Part shown: in pieces, positions 40,179 to 49,219 of the stretch
How the letters are laid out: every line of letters starts with the position of its first letter
Position numbering within the stretch: the first letter of the stretch is position 1
Source: Pseudomonadota bacterium
GTDB taxonomy: Bacteria; Desulfobacterota; Desulfobulbia; Desulfobulbales; JAHJIY01
Reading direction: 5' to 3'
Assembly: GCA_018823175.1 (NCBI GenBank)
Contig: JAHJIY010000066.1
Span: 92,570 to 156,569, forward strand
DNA: 64,000 nucleotides
Made by a program: the position numbers and the translations under genes
Notes under the pieces: model-generated
The model's input: only the letters and a program-made list of their open reading frames with translations
What the model was told of the DNA's origin: nothing
Databases searched by the model: none

Positions 40179-40916
40179 ATGGAAAACTTAAATAAACTAG
40201 CAGTTCTTATCGATGCTGACAATGCTCAACCAAGCATTGTTGATGGTTTGCTTTCCGAGATTGCTAATTACGGAACAGCCAGTGTCAAACGGATTTATGG
40301 AGATTGGACATCACCTGGCTTAAAGGGTTGGAAAGATGTTCTTCTTCAATACTCAATTCAACCTATGCAACAATTCGCTTATACTAAAGGGAAAAACGCA
40401 ACTGACAGTGCAATGATTATTGATGCTATGGATTTATTATACTCAGGTAATTTCAATGGGTTTTGTATAGTATCAAGTGACAGCGATTTCACAAAACTAG
40501 CATCGAGGATTAGAGAGGCAGGGCTTACTGTATATGGGTTTGGCGAGCAGAAAACACCACCAGCTTTTGTGTCGGCATGTGATAAATTTATTTATACTGA
40601 AGTCCTTCGCGCAAAATCTAATGAAAATGAAGCGATACACAAAAAATCAAGCAACGAGCTGAAACAAGATACAAAATTAGTAAATCTATTACGAAATGCA
40701 GTAGAATCATCATCCGATGAAAGTGGCTGGGCGCATCTTGCTCCTGTGGGTAGCAATATTGCCAAACAAGCTCCCGACTTCGATCCGCGTAATTATGGTT
40801 ATGCGAAACTCGGTGAACTTGTATTAGCGACTACTCTTTTTGATGTTGAATCGAGACAGATTGGAGATTCGAAGTCAAAAGTACTTTGTGTCCGTGTTAA
40901 AAAGAAGAATAAATAG
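40179..40916 (+). CDS. NYN-domain (LabA/PIN-like) ribonuclease with a C-terminal OST-HTH/LOTUS domain
   Basis: LAVLIDADNA, NATDSAMIIDAMD and CIVSSDSDFTKLASRIREAGLTVYGFG form the NYN Asp triad. The C-terminal part (GWAHLAPVGSNIAKQAPDFDPRNYGYAKLGELV) is OST-HTH-like. Confidence 0.9.
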   Translation: MENLNKLAVLIDADNAQPSIVDGLLSEIANYGTASVKRIYGDWTSPGLKGWKDVLLQYSIQPMQQFAYTKGKNATDSAMIIDAMDLLYSGNFNGFCIVSSDSDFTKLASRIREAGLTVYGFGEQKTPPAFVSACDKFIYTEVLRAKSNENEAIHKKSSNELKQDTKLVNLLRNAVESSSDESGWAHLAPVGSNIAKQAPDFDPRNYGYAKLGELVLATTLFDVESRQIGDSKSKVLCVRVKKKNK

Positions 40917-40921
40917 AAAAT

Positions 40922-40969
40922 TTTTAACAATCGATTCAACCTGACCCGAAAAGGTTCGGGTTGTTAAAA
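40922..40969 (+). mobile_element. Candidate short attC-like site or terminator-like palindrome after the NYN cassette
   Basis: TTTTAACAA (40922-40930) is the perfect inverse of TTGTTAAAA (40961-40969). There is an inner stem ACCCGAA/TTCGGGT and a 13-nt unpaired segment in the left arm. The R' position reads GTTAAAA. Confidence 0.35.
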
Positions 40970-41020
40970 TCTGGAAATACGGTGGCGGACAGGTTCCGCA
41001 AGACGTTGGCTCATAATTCC

Positions 41021-41052
41021 GGGGACATCATGGATGTCCCCAAATCTTTTTT
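41021..41052 (+). terminator. Rho-independent terminator at the right edge of the island
   Basis: GGGGACATC, loop ATG, GATGTCCCC, followed by AAATCTTTTTT. Confidence 0.7.
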
Positions 41053-41246
41053 CAAACGGCTGAAGCGAATCGTCCGGCGGTGAAAATATTGACGAATAAA
41101 CAAATTGATAAGATTCAAGATGCTCTATAGGATTATTAAAAGGTGTAAATTAAAGATGGATGGCGGGATCCTTATCGGTTCACAGGCAACATTCTTTGGG
41201 AAGTAAGTTTTTGCCTGATCCATTCAGTAATAAAGGCCATTTGCTT

Positions 41247-41831
41247 ATGCTAACCTATTTTTCTCTTGAGATTTTATTAACCGGGATAGCGGTTTTTTTG
41301 GCCCGGATTGTAGATGTAAGCCTTGGTACATTCCGAACCATCAGTATTGTTAAAGGCAGGATGTGGACGGCTTTTTGGATCGGGATTATAGAAATAAGTA
41401 TTTGGCTTGTCGTCATGTCGACTGTTATCCTCAGGATCAAGGAAGTACCAGTACTCGGTATTTTCTTTGTTTTTGGCTTTGCCTTTGGCAATGTAGTGGG
41501 GATTATGATTGAAAAAAGACTCTTAATTGGCGATATAGTTCTCCGAGTCATCAGCCGTGAGCAACCCCTGCTCATGACAGAAGCCCTCCGGCAAGCAGGT
41601 TATAGAGTAACAACTTTTCAGGGAGAAGGTAGGAGCGGACCGGTTGTTGAACTCTATATGATTTGTCGGCGCAGGGAGCGAAAAGTAATTATTGACCTTG
41701 TCCATAAATTTGAGCCGGATGCCTTCTATATTAGTTCTCAAGCCGGACATGCCAGCAAACCATACGATCCTACCGTGCGATCTACAATGTTGTCTTTTGG
41801 TGGTTGGCGCAATATTCTGAAAAAAAAGTAG
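41247..41831 (+). CDS. UPF0316/DUF2179 family membrane protein
   Basis: N-terminal TM helices (FLARIVDVSLGTFRTISIVKG) and a C-terminal DUF2179-like soluble domain (GYRVTTFQGEGRSGP). The start is taken as MLTYF (41247). Confidence 0.8.
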   Translation: MLTYFSLEILLTGIAVFLARIVDVSLGTFRTISIVKGRMWTAFWIGIIEISIWLVVMSTVILRIKEVPVLGIFFVFGFAFGNVVGIMIEKRLLIGDIVLRVISREQPLLMTEALRQAGYRVTTFQGEGRSGPVVELYMICRRRERKVIIDLVHKFEPDAFYISSQAGHASKPYDPTVRSTMLSFGGWRNILKKK

Positions 41832-41963
41832 GTGTTATTCGTTCTGATTTAACTATTTTCAATTGTCAGACTGATTATGGGTCAGCTCATAACCTGGCCG
41901 CTTGAGTTTGGATTTTTATAATAATAACCGGCGGGAAGTCTGCCGTGTACATTGTCTTTCCAG

Positions 41964-42539
41964 CTATATAATCCCTGCTTTTTTCTTGATACTCTCTATA
42001 TCCAGATCCCTAATCCAATCCGGCAGATTGACCCAGATGGTATGGAAGCCGAAATCGCCTTGGGTCATTTCCTTGATCGCCTCTTCCTTTGACCAGTTCT
42101 GGACCACGACCCGGTAGATTGCCGACATGGTCCCGGTCCGGTCGGCCCCGTGCTGGCAGTGCACAAGAATCGGAGCCCGTTTCGGGTTGGTCACAATCTG
42201 GAGAAAGCGGATGACGTCTTCTTCTTCCGGGTGCCAGGTCTTCATGTAAATGTGTTCATAGGCCAAGCCGGTTTCCCCGATCTCCGAGCGATCGGAATTA
42301 AATGAGCGGAGGTTAATCACCGTCTCAATCCCCATTTTTTTAAGGGCTTTCATGCCCTCGGCGCTCGGCTGGGCGCTTCGATATAGGGTATCGGAAATTT
42401 TATGGAGATTGGGGACCCCGTCAAGGGTGATCGGTTCCGCCCAATTGGCGGGTCGGGAAGTGAGTTCATCGCCGGCAAAGGTGGAGGTCGCCATCAACAG
42501 GATAAAGATGGTTAAGGACCAGGTGAAAATTAATTTCAT
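41964..42539 (-). CDS. Secreted protein-tyrosine / dual-specificity phosphatase-like protein
   Basis: Signal peptide MKLIFTWSLTIFILLMATSTFA and the CX5R active-site loop VHCQHGADRTG. Confidence 0.8.
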   Translation of the reverse strand: MKLIFTWSLTIFILLMATSTFAGDELTSRPANWAEPITLDGVPNLHKISDTLYRSAQPSAEGMKALKKMGIETVINLRSFNSDRSEIGETGLAYEHIYMKTWHPEEEDVIRFLQIVTNPKRAPILVHCQHGADRTGTMSAIYRVVVQNWSKEEAIKEMTQGDFGFHTIWVNLPDWIRDLDIESIKKKAGII

Positions 42540-42589
42540 CGGAAATATTCCTTTGGATTAATGGTTTGTCAGGGTCAGGCCGATCATGG

Positions 42590-43327
42590 TTACATCTTTT
42601 TATGCAATAAAATCGGCGCTATTTGTTTTTTGCGCAACCGCAGATTCAGCATTTCGACCGAAACTGAAAAAATCATCGCAAAATAAATATAGCCTTTGGG
42701 GACGTGAACATCAAAGCCTTCCGCGATCAGGGTGAAGCCGACCATGATCAAAAATGACAGGGCCAGCATTTTGATGGTTGGATGGCTGTCGACAAAGTCT
42801 CCGATGGATTTTGCGGCAAACAGCATGATCATTACCGAAATAACGATGGCGATGGCCATGATTGAAATGTGCCGGGCCAGGCCGACCGCCGTGATCACGG
42901 AATCAAGCGAAAAAATTATATCTAGGACTGCAATCTGAAAGAGGACGGCGCTCAGATTCATGGTGGCCTGGAGCAGTTCTTTTTCCTCCGGCCCTTCGAG
43001 GCTCATGTGTATTTCGTGGGTGGCTTTGGCGATCAGGAAAAGGCCGCCGCCCAGCATGATGATGTCTTTGCCGGAGATAGGTTGTGAAAAGATCGAAAAC
43101 CAGGGGTCTTGCAGAGTGACCACCCAGGTCACCGAGAAAAGGAGTAGTAAACGGGTGGCCATGGCCAGCAGCAGGCCGACCCGTCGGGCATTATCCCGTT
43201 GATTTTCCGGTAAGCGGCCAACCAGGAGGGAGATAAAGATGATGTTATCTACCCCCAGCACGATCTCCAGGGTGGTTAAGGTCAGAAGGGCCAGCCAGGC
43301 CTCGGGGCTAAATATCCATGCAAACAT
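42590..43327 (-). CDS. TerC family integral membrane protein
   Basis: A 245-aa polytopic ORF with the paired motifs LGVDNIIFISL and FSLDSVITAVG typical of TerC/Alx. Confidence 0.9.
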   Translation of the reverse strand: MFAWIFSPEAWLALLTLTTLEIVLGVDNIIFISLLVGRLPENQRDNARRVGLLLAMATRLLLLFSVTWVVTLQDPWFSIFSQPISGKDIIMLGGGLFLIAKATHEIHMSLEGPEEKELLQATMNLSAVLFQIAVLDIIFSLDSVITAVGLARHISIMAIAIVISVMIMLFAAKSIGDFVDSHPTIKMLALSFLIMVGFTLIAEGFDVHVPKGYIYFAMIFSVSVEMLNLRLRKKQIAPILLHKKM

Positions 43328-43675
43328 TTGCTGCTCCTAAAGTATTAAGCGAAATTGCTAAACCTTGCGATCAGGTCTGCTCTACGGGCCATGGTCTTTG
43401 CCGAGACAACGCAGTTATTAAAAGGAGGATGTACCTGATAAGCTGGAAATATTCAAGACACTCTATCTCTGCTGCGGAAAACGCGTTCCGTTTTGCAAGA
43501 GGTTGTTTGGGGTATAAAGTGTGTTTCTGCAGCAGTCAGGGTTGGCATGGCGCAGAAAAAAATGCGAAAAAAGGTGGTGGCGGTTGATCGCGCAAGATCG
43601 AGAAAAGTGTTTGCTCTTCGTGATGGTAAATTCATATACTTTGAATAGGAGATCTTGAAATAACAGGAGGAGCAC

Positions 43676-44083
43676 ATGAAAAAAATATTGATAAGTCTGG
43701 CCTTGGCGTTGGCTTTTGGTTTGATCAATTCGGTCGTATTCGCCCAGGAGGAACTGCATTTTGGTCAGATTGTTGATCGGCAGGAACCGGTGGCCTGCCT
43801 CGTGTGTCATGAAGGGATCAAGGCCAGTGAGGCGCGGTTTTGTAAGTCAAATTGTAATATCACCGCCTCGCACCCTGCCTTTAAAAAATATCCACCGGCG
43901 GGAAAAGATCATGAGTTTAACCCGGTGGAAAAATTGACTGCCGCCGGGATCGACTTGCGGGATGGGGAGATTACCTGCGTCAGTTGCCATGATCTGGGAC
44001 TTGCGACTCAATATTTTTTGGTCATTTCTCGGGAAAATGGGCAGTTATGTAAAACCTGTCACCTGAAATTCTGGGAGCGGTAA
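43676..44083 (+). CDS. Small periplasmic multiheme (triheme) c-type cytochrome
   Basis: Signal peptide MKKILISLALALAFGLINSVVFA and three CXXCH motifs (CLVCH, CVSCH, CKTCH). It is preceded by AGGAGG. Confidence 0.8.
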   Translation: MKKILISLALALAFGLINSVVFAQEELHFGQIVDRQEPVACLVCHEGIKASEARFCKSNCNITASHPAFKKYPPAGKDHEFNPVEKLTAAGIDLRDGEITCVSCHDLGLATQYFLVISRENGQLCKTCHLKFWER

Positions 44084-44118
44084 TTTCTGCAAAAGCCGGG
44101 GATGGAGGGTGCTATTTT

Positions 44119-46203
44119 TTACGACAGCGGCAGGCTCAGGGTGATGGTGCATCCTGGGCCTTTGTTGTTTGTAGCTTTTACCGTGCCGCCCATGGCGGTG
44201 ATGAACTTTTTCACCAGGGCCAGGCCGATGCCGGTGCCTTTGGTCTTACGGGTCAGTGAATTGTCCACCCGGTAAAAATCGTTGAATATTTTTTTCAGGG
44301 ATTCTTCCGGAATGCCGGGCCCGGTATCGGAAACCGCGATCTCCGTTTTGTTTCTTTTCTCTTTGAGTGAGATGGATATTTCTTTTGGTTGGTGCTCCCG
44401 ACCGAACTTGATACTGTTTTCAAGCAGGTTGATCAGGATCTGGACCATTACTTCGTGGTCATAGACAAAGGGGGCAATCGCGTCTTTTTCGATTTTTAAG
44501 GTAAAGCCGTCCTGGCGGATTTTTTCGGTCATGATATCGGTTACTTCTTTGATCACGCTGGCAAAATCGCCCTGTTGCGGGGCGATTTTGCGTTGGTGGC
44601 GCTCAAGCTTGGAAAACTCCAGAACATTATTGATCAGTCGGGAGAGGCGCGAGGTCTCGGAATCCAGAATCCGATAGTATTCCTGTTCCCGATTGTGATC
44701 GGCGGCGATGCCTTGTTCGAGCATCTCGATATACATCCGGATATTGGTCAGCGGAGTTTTGAGCTCATGGGTGACCGAGGCGACGAAACCAGATTTTCTT
44801 TCCGACAGATCAACCACCACCCTGACACTCTGGTAGATGGCGATCAGTCCTAAAAGCATGATGCTGCCAAGAACTCCAAGCATGATGAGCAGGGTTTGTC
44901 GGCCGGTTGTCCGGGGAATGTTCTGGCAAGATAAGGTCGCCTGCAGGAAGGAAAAGGGGCGCGGAAAGGTCCGGGTCAGGGCAAAGACCGGCGCCGGGAC
45001 GGTTATGCCGCCGGCAAGGGTGGCGGTTTCCTGCTCGGCTGAAAAAACAGAGAGTTTCAAGTTGGTGAAGCCGGCCATCGGCTGGTTTATGAAAAAGGAG
45101 TCGCGCAGATATTCCAGAAAGGGGTTGATCGTAATGACGAAACCTTGTCGGTATATCTGGTTGTTCAATTCGATGCGTCTGAAGATAAAGATATGTTCCT
45201 GGTCGATCGGTATTGATTGCAGGGGCGCCACTTCAACCTTGATCTTACGGGCTGCACTTTGTGCTGCTTGCGGCGGTAAGGAGGAGGGTTCTTCTGGGTA
45301 ACTTCCCCACTCAGCTGCTTTCTGTCTTCGGGCGCTGAAGGTGTCACCATCAAGTCTGGCGCTGCTTTCCAGTAATGAATCGCTAGAGATCCGGGTCGAT
45401 TCCGCAACCTGTCTCCCGAGAGATATCTCTTTGTCTTTTGTGCTGTGACGGTCAAGAAGAACAGTATCGTCCTGGTTTGTTTTGTTTCCTGCCGGGACCG
45501 GGGCCATGGCGCCGGCGGTAGTGCTTTCTGTCTTTTTCTCAGGATATGGAGTGGTTAACCCGGTCGGACTGCTTTGGTCACCCGTAATATTTCGGGCCTG
45601 GGCCGGGGTGATCTCCTCGTATCGTTTTTGTTCCTGGCCGAGGCTTGATTTTTGGGTCTGGGGCCGGGCCGCCAGGTATTTGCCGGCAAGGTCCAGTTTT
45701 TGTTTTTTCTCGGGCCGGATCTTTTCGGAACTAATGTTTTCTTTGGCTTCTCTGCTTTCATTTATCGGAGCTGGTGCGGCAGTTAAAATCCGGTTGAGCT
45801 CGGTCAGCTGATCGGTGGTTTTGGCCGGGTCATTCGCCTTTGCCGTAAGGTCGGCGCTTGGTAGCGGGGTCTGAAATGAGCCGTCCGGACTGTTCTGGAA
45901 ATAGCCCAGGATATATTTCTCCGGTGGCGGATTAACTAAGGATGAGGCGGTGGCCCTTCCTTGGTCGGCGTCAAGTTCAGGCAGGGCCAGGGGGGAATAT
46001 TCCTCAACTGAGCGGTTTTCCTCCCTGATTACCAGGTTGGTCAGTTCTTCCTCCATGTCGTCAAAAAGGGTCTGGGCAAAGAAGTTCAGCTCGGCGATCT
46101 CTTCCTGTTCAAGGCCGTGCAGGGTCCTGATCACAAAATAGGAAAGTGGGGCGGCCAGGGCCAGACAGAAGATAACGATCAGGATTTTAAATCGTTTCAT
46201 CAA
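44119..46203 (-). CDS. Sensor histidine kinase with a large low-complexity periplasmic region
   Basis: N-terminal TM helix, about 400 aa between the two TM helices that is rich in P/S/T/A/K/E, H-box SVTHELKTPLTNI, and HATPase_c blocks (GPGIPEE, GTGIGLALV). Confidence 0.9.
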   Translation of the reverse strand: MMKRFKILIVIFCLALAAPLSYFVIRTLHGLEQEEIAELNFFAQTLFDDMEEELTNLVIREENRSVEEYSPLALPELDADQGRATASSLVNPPPEKYILGYFQNSPDGSFQTPLPSADLTAKANDPAKTTDQLTELNRILTAAPAPINESREAKENISSEKIRPEKKQKLDLAGKYLAARPQTQKSSLGQEQKRYEEITPAQARNITGDQSSPTGLTTPYPEKKTESTTAGAMAPVPAGNKTNQDDTVLLDRHSTKDKEISLGRQVAESTRISSDSLLESSARLDGDTFSARRQKAAEWGSYPEEPSSLPPQAAQSAARKIKVEVAPLQSIPIDQEHIFIFRRIELNNQIYRQGFVITINPFLEYLRDSFFINQPMAGFTNLKLSVFSAEQETATLAGGITVPAPVFALTRTFPRPFSFLQATLSCQNIPRTTGRQTLLIMLGVLGSIMLLGLIAIYQSVRVVVDLSERKSGFVASVTHELKTPLTNIRMYIEMLEQGIAADHNREQEYYRILDSETSRLSRLINNVLEFSKLERHQRKIAPQQGDFASVIKEVTDIMTEKIRQDGFTLKIEKDAIAPFVYDHEVMVQILINLLENSIKFGREHQPKEISISLKEKRNKTEIAVSDTGPGIPEESLKKIFNDFYRVDNSLTRKTKGTGIGLALVKKFITAMGGTVKATNNKGPGCTITLSLPLS

Positions 46204-46894
46204 GGGCCTCCAGCCGATAACCCTCGCCTCGAACCGTGACGATAAAAGGGCGGTCGCCGATGAGCGAATCTATTTTCTTGCGTAGTTTCAGGATGTGGAT
46301 GTCAACGGTGCGGGTTTCGATATCGCTTACTGCGTAATGCCAGACCTCGGTCAGCAGTTCCTGCTTGGAGATGATCCGGTCCGGATTTCGGCGCAGGTAG
46401 GAAATGATATCGATCTCCCGTCTGGTCAACTCGATCCCTTTGCCATCGCAGGAGACTTTCAGTCTGATCGGATCAAAGGCGAGAGGGCCGATTGTGAAAT
46501 TGTCATCTCCGGCGGCTTTGCCGACCCGTCTGAGCAGTGCTTCCACCCGGACCATCAGTTCCCGTAAAGAGAAAGGCTTGCTGACATAATCATCGGCTCC
46601 GGCGCTGAAACCATCGACAATATCGTCCTCTGCCCCCTTGGCGGTGAGCATCATGATCGCCTGCGCCGGTTTTTCCTGGCGGATCGCCCGGCAGATGGCA
46701 AACCCGTCCATGGTTGGCAGCATCACATCGAGCATGATCAGGTCGAATCTTTCCGCCCGGCCTTTCGCCAGTCCCTCGCCGCCATCCTCAATCCCGACCA
46801 CATCGTAGCCGTTAAATACGAAGACATCGAGCAGGCCGCGCCGGATGGCGGGGTCGTCTTCAACAATGAGGATTCTGGCTTTCGGGTTGTTCAT
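46187..46894 (-). CDS. OmpR/PhoB-family response regulator
   Basis: REC domain (ILIVEDD, MLDVMLP, SKPF) plus a winged-helix trans_reg_C domain (VWHYAVSDIETRTVDIHILKLRKKI, TVRGEGYRL). It overlaps the kinase start. Confidence 0.93.
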   Translation of the reverse strand: MNNPKARILIVEDDPAIRRGLLDVFVFNGYDVVGIEDGGEGLAKGRAERFDLIMLDVMLPTMDGFAICRAIRQEKPAQAIMMLTAKGAEDDIVDGFSAGADDYVSKPFSLRELMVRVEALLRRVGKAAGDDNFTIGPLAFDPIRLKVSCDGKGIELTRREIDIISYLRRNPDRIISKQELLTEVWHYAVSDIETRTVDIHILKLRKKIDSLIGDRPFIVTVRGEGYRLEALDETI

Positions 46895-47212
46895 CGTAAT
46901 AATGGTTCCGCCTGTTTCATATGATCGGGCTCAAGGTGTCATTGCGAACAAAGTGAAGCAATCTCATTCATTTTGTTCGCTTTTCCCCGGCGCATTAAGG
47001 CCGTTTATCTTCCGCCATTATACCCTGCTTCCGGCAATCCAAATGTAAAAGTTTTGTAAAAAAAACAACAGGATATTTTGCATTTCTTTGAATTGTGAGT
47101 TGGCCTCTTCTCCCTTACCCTGAAGCTAAAGGAGGTATCTGAAATCTGCTTTTTAGAAATACCTCTTGCTTGCACAATCAACCATCATTTTTACAGAAAG
47201 GAGGCAACAACC

Positions 47213-48631
47213 ATGAACAAAAGAAGAATTAACGCATTGGTTTTGATCGGGCTACTCATTGCCCTGACCTGCTCGGCCATGGCCTATTCAAAGAGTCATG
47301 TTGTCGGTAGTACTGGAATTGGCGTGATCAATCCAGGCGGCGGGGTGGTTTCGGTCAGCGGCCAGCTTACCCAGGATAAGGTTTTTTATCAAGGCGATGG
47401 CACCGTCTCATTGGCCCTGACTCTGCAGGCCAATGAACTGGAGTCGCAGGTTATCGTGAATGAGAAAAACGTCGACATGGTCGTGGTCCTTGATCGCAGC
47501 GGCTCGATGCAAGGAAATAAAATCGATGACGCAAAACAGGCGGTTCTTGATCTGATCGGCAATCTGTCTCCCCATGATCGCTTTGCGCTGGTTTCCTATG
47601 CTAATGAAGTTACCGTCCATACCCAACTTATGTCTGCCAAAGATGGAAACAAGGAATATTTTGCCTCGGCGGTCAGAAATATTTATGCCGGGGGCGGCAC
47701 TAATCTAGGCGGAGGTTTACAGCTGGGGATTGATCTGATGATCCAGGCCGGGACCAGCTGCAATGCCGGTCGGGTCATCCTTATTTCCGACGGGTTGGCC
47801 AATGTCGGGGTTACTGATCCGGTTAAGTTAGGGGAGATGGCTCGGGCGGCGGTATCTAAAGAGATCGTGGTCTCTACGGTTGGCATCGGAAATGATTTTA
47901 ACGAGGTTTTAATGACCTCGCTCGCCGACCATGGCACCGGCAATTACTATTATCTGGATGAGCCGGGCCGGTTTGCCGAGGTTTTTATGCGGGAATTTCA
48001 GCGGAGTAGGACGGCTGCCGCTACGGCAGTGGAAGTGCGGGTCCCGCTGGCTGATGGTGTTTCGCTGATCAATGCGGCCGGCTTTCCGATTGAAACCAGG
48101 AGCAATGTCGCTGTTTTCCGGCCTGGTAATTTACTGCCCGGCCAGAGCCGCAAGATATTTCTAACCTTTAATCTGCCGACTAACCGGGAGCAGACTTTTG
48201 CCCTTGGAAATATCGCGGTCGGATATCGCCATCAGGGAAGAAATCAGCTTGCCAGACTTGATGATATTTTCACGATTGCCTGTGTGCGTAATCAGGCTGA
48301 GGTGTTTGCTTCTATCGATAAATCAGAGTGGGAAGAAAAGGTGGTGCAGGAGGATTTCAACCAGCTTCGGGAGGAAGTGGCCGACGCGGTCAAGAGCGGC
48401 AAAAAGGATGAGGCCCTGACCCGGATTAGACAATACAAGGCCGAGAAGAAGGAGTTGAATTCAATTGTCGGTTCGGCCAAGGTCGCGGCCAATCTGGAGC
48501 AGGACCTTGGTCAATTAAGCGATTCGGTTAATCAGACCTTTGCCGGGGCGCCAAGTGCGGTGATCATCAAACAGAAAGAGGTCGCCAAGGAGATGCAGTA
48601 TAAAAGTTATGAATCCAGGCGAAATAAATAA
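47213..48631 (+). CDS. Exported von Willebrand factor A (vWA) domain protein
   Basis: Signal/anchor sequence ALVLIGLLIALTCSAMA, MIDAS motif VVVLDRSGSM and vWA core (GGTNLGGGL, ILISDGLAN). It has a C-terminal helical region. Confidence 0.85.
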   Translation: MNKRRINALVLIGLLIALTCSAMAYSKSHVVGSTGIGVINPGGGVVSVSGQLTQDKVFYQGDGTVSLALTLQANELESQVIVNEKNVDMVVVLDRSGSMQGNKIDDAKQAVLDLIGNLSPHDRFALVSYANEVTVHTQLMSAKDGNKEYFASAVRNIYAGGGTNLGGGLQLGIDLMIQAGTSCNAGRVILISDGLANVGVTDPVKLGEMARAAVSKEIVVSTVGIGNDFNEVLMTSLADHGTGNYYYLDEPGRFAEVFMREFQRSRTAAATAVEVRVPLADGVSLINAAGFPIETRSNVAVFRPGNLLPGQSRKIFLTFNLPTNREQTFALGNIAVGYRHQGRNQLARLDDIFTIACVRNQAEVFASIDKSEWEEKVVQEDFNQLREEVADAVKSGKKDEALTRIRQYKAEKKELNSIVGSAKVAANLEQDLGQLSDSVNQTFAGAPSAVIIKQKEVAKEMQYKSYESRRNK

Positions 48632-48643
48632 AGGAGATATCAG

Positions 48644-49219
48644 ATGGCGATCATGACCAGATTTATCAGAATATGGCGCGCCGACGTTAACGGCGTTATG
48701 GACCAGTTCGAGGACAAGGAACTGCTGTTAAGGCAGAGTTTGCGGGAGATGGCAGAGGAACTGCACCGTAAAGAAGATCGATTACAGCAGCTTGAAGCTA
48801 TTGGCGAGAAAACTCGGCGCGACCAGGAAGGATATAGGGCTGAGGAGTTGAAATTGGAGGAAGACCTGGAAGTGGCCTTAAACAAAGAAAAGGATGATAT
48901 TGCCCGGATGTTGATCCGGAAAATAAAAATTATGCAAAGCCAGCGTGCCATTCTTGCCAAACAAGGGATCGAACTTGCGCATGAACAGATGGAAATCAGG
49001 AAGGCACTGGCCGGGCAGCGGGCCCATTACGAAAATTTGCAGGTGCAGGCAAAAGTATATCTGCAGAAGAAAGCACAGCATGAGGACGATCTTTTGCTTT
49101 CGGGGTTGCGGAGTGATTACGGGTGGCAGCAGGTCGAACCTGCCGCCGAGGAGATTGAGCTTGAGCTGCTAAAAAGAAAAGAGCTCAAAGAACGGAGCAA
49201 GGGGAGGGTAAAAGAATGA
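48644..49219 (+). CDS. PspA/IM30 family protein
   Basis: N-terminus MAIMTRFIRIWRADVNGVMDQFEDKELLLRQSLREM is the typical PspA/LiaH opening, and the rest is coiled-coil rich. At 191 aa it is on the short side for the family. Confidence 0.75.
   Translation: MAIMTRFIRIWRADVNGVMDQFEDKELLLRQSLREMAEELHRKEDRLQQLEAIGEKTRRDQEGYRAEELKLEEDLEVALNKEKDDIARMLIRKIKIMQSQRAILAKQGIELAHEQMEIRKALAGQRAHYENLQVQAKVYLQKKAQHEDDLLLSGLRSDYGWQQVEPAAEEIELELLKRKELKERSKGRVKE

Noticed and set aside
43328-43675. A possible yybP-ykoY (manganese) riboswitch in the ~350-nt region upstream of the TerC-family gene
   Set aside because: TerC/Alx genes often carry this riboswitch, so I read the minus strand for its conserved GGGGAGUAG and GAGAGAC-type segments and did not find them. 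The region is also shared with the divergent cytochrome gene promoter. An Rfam scan would settle the question.
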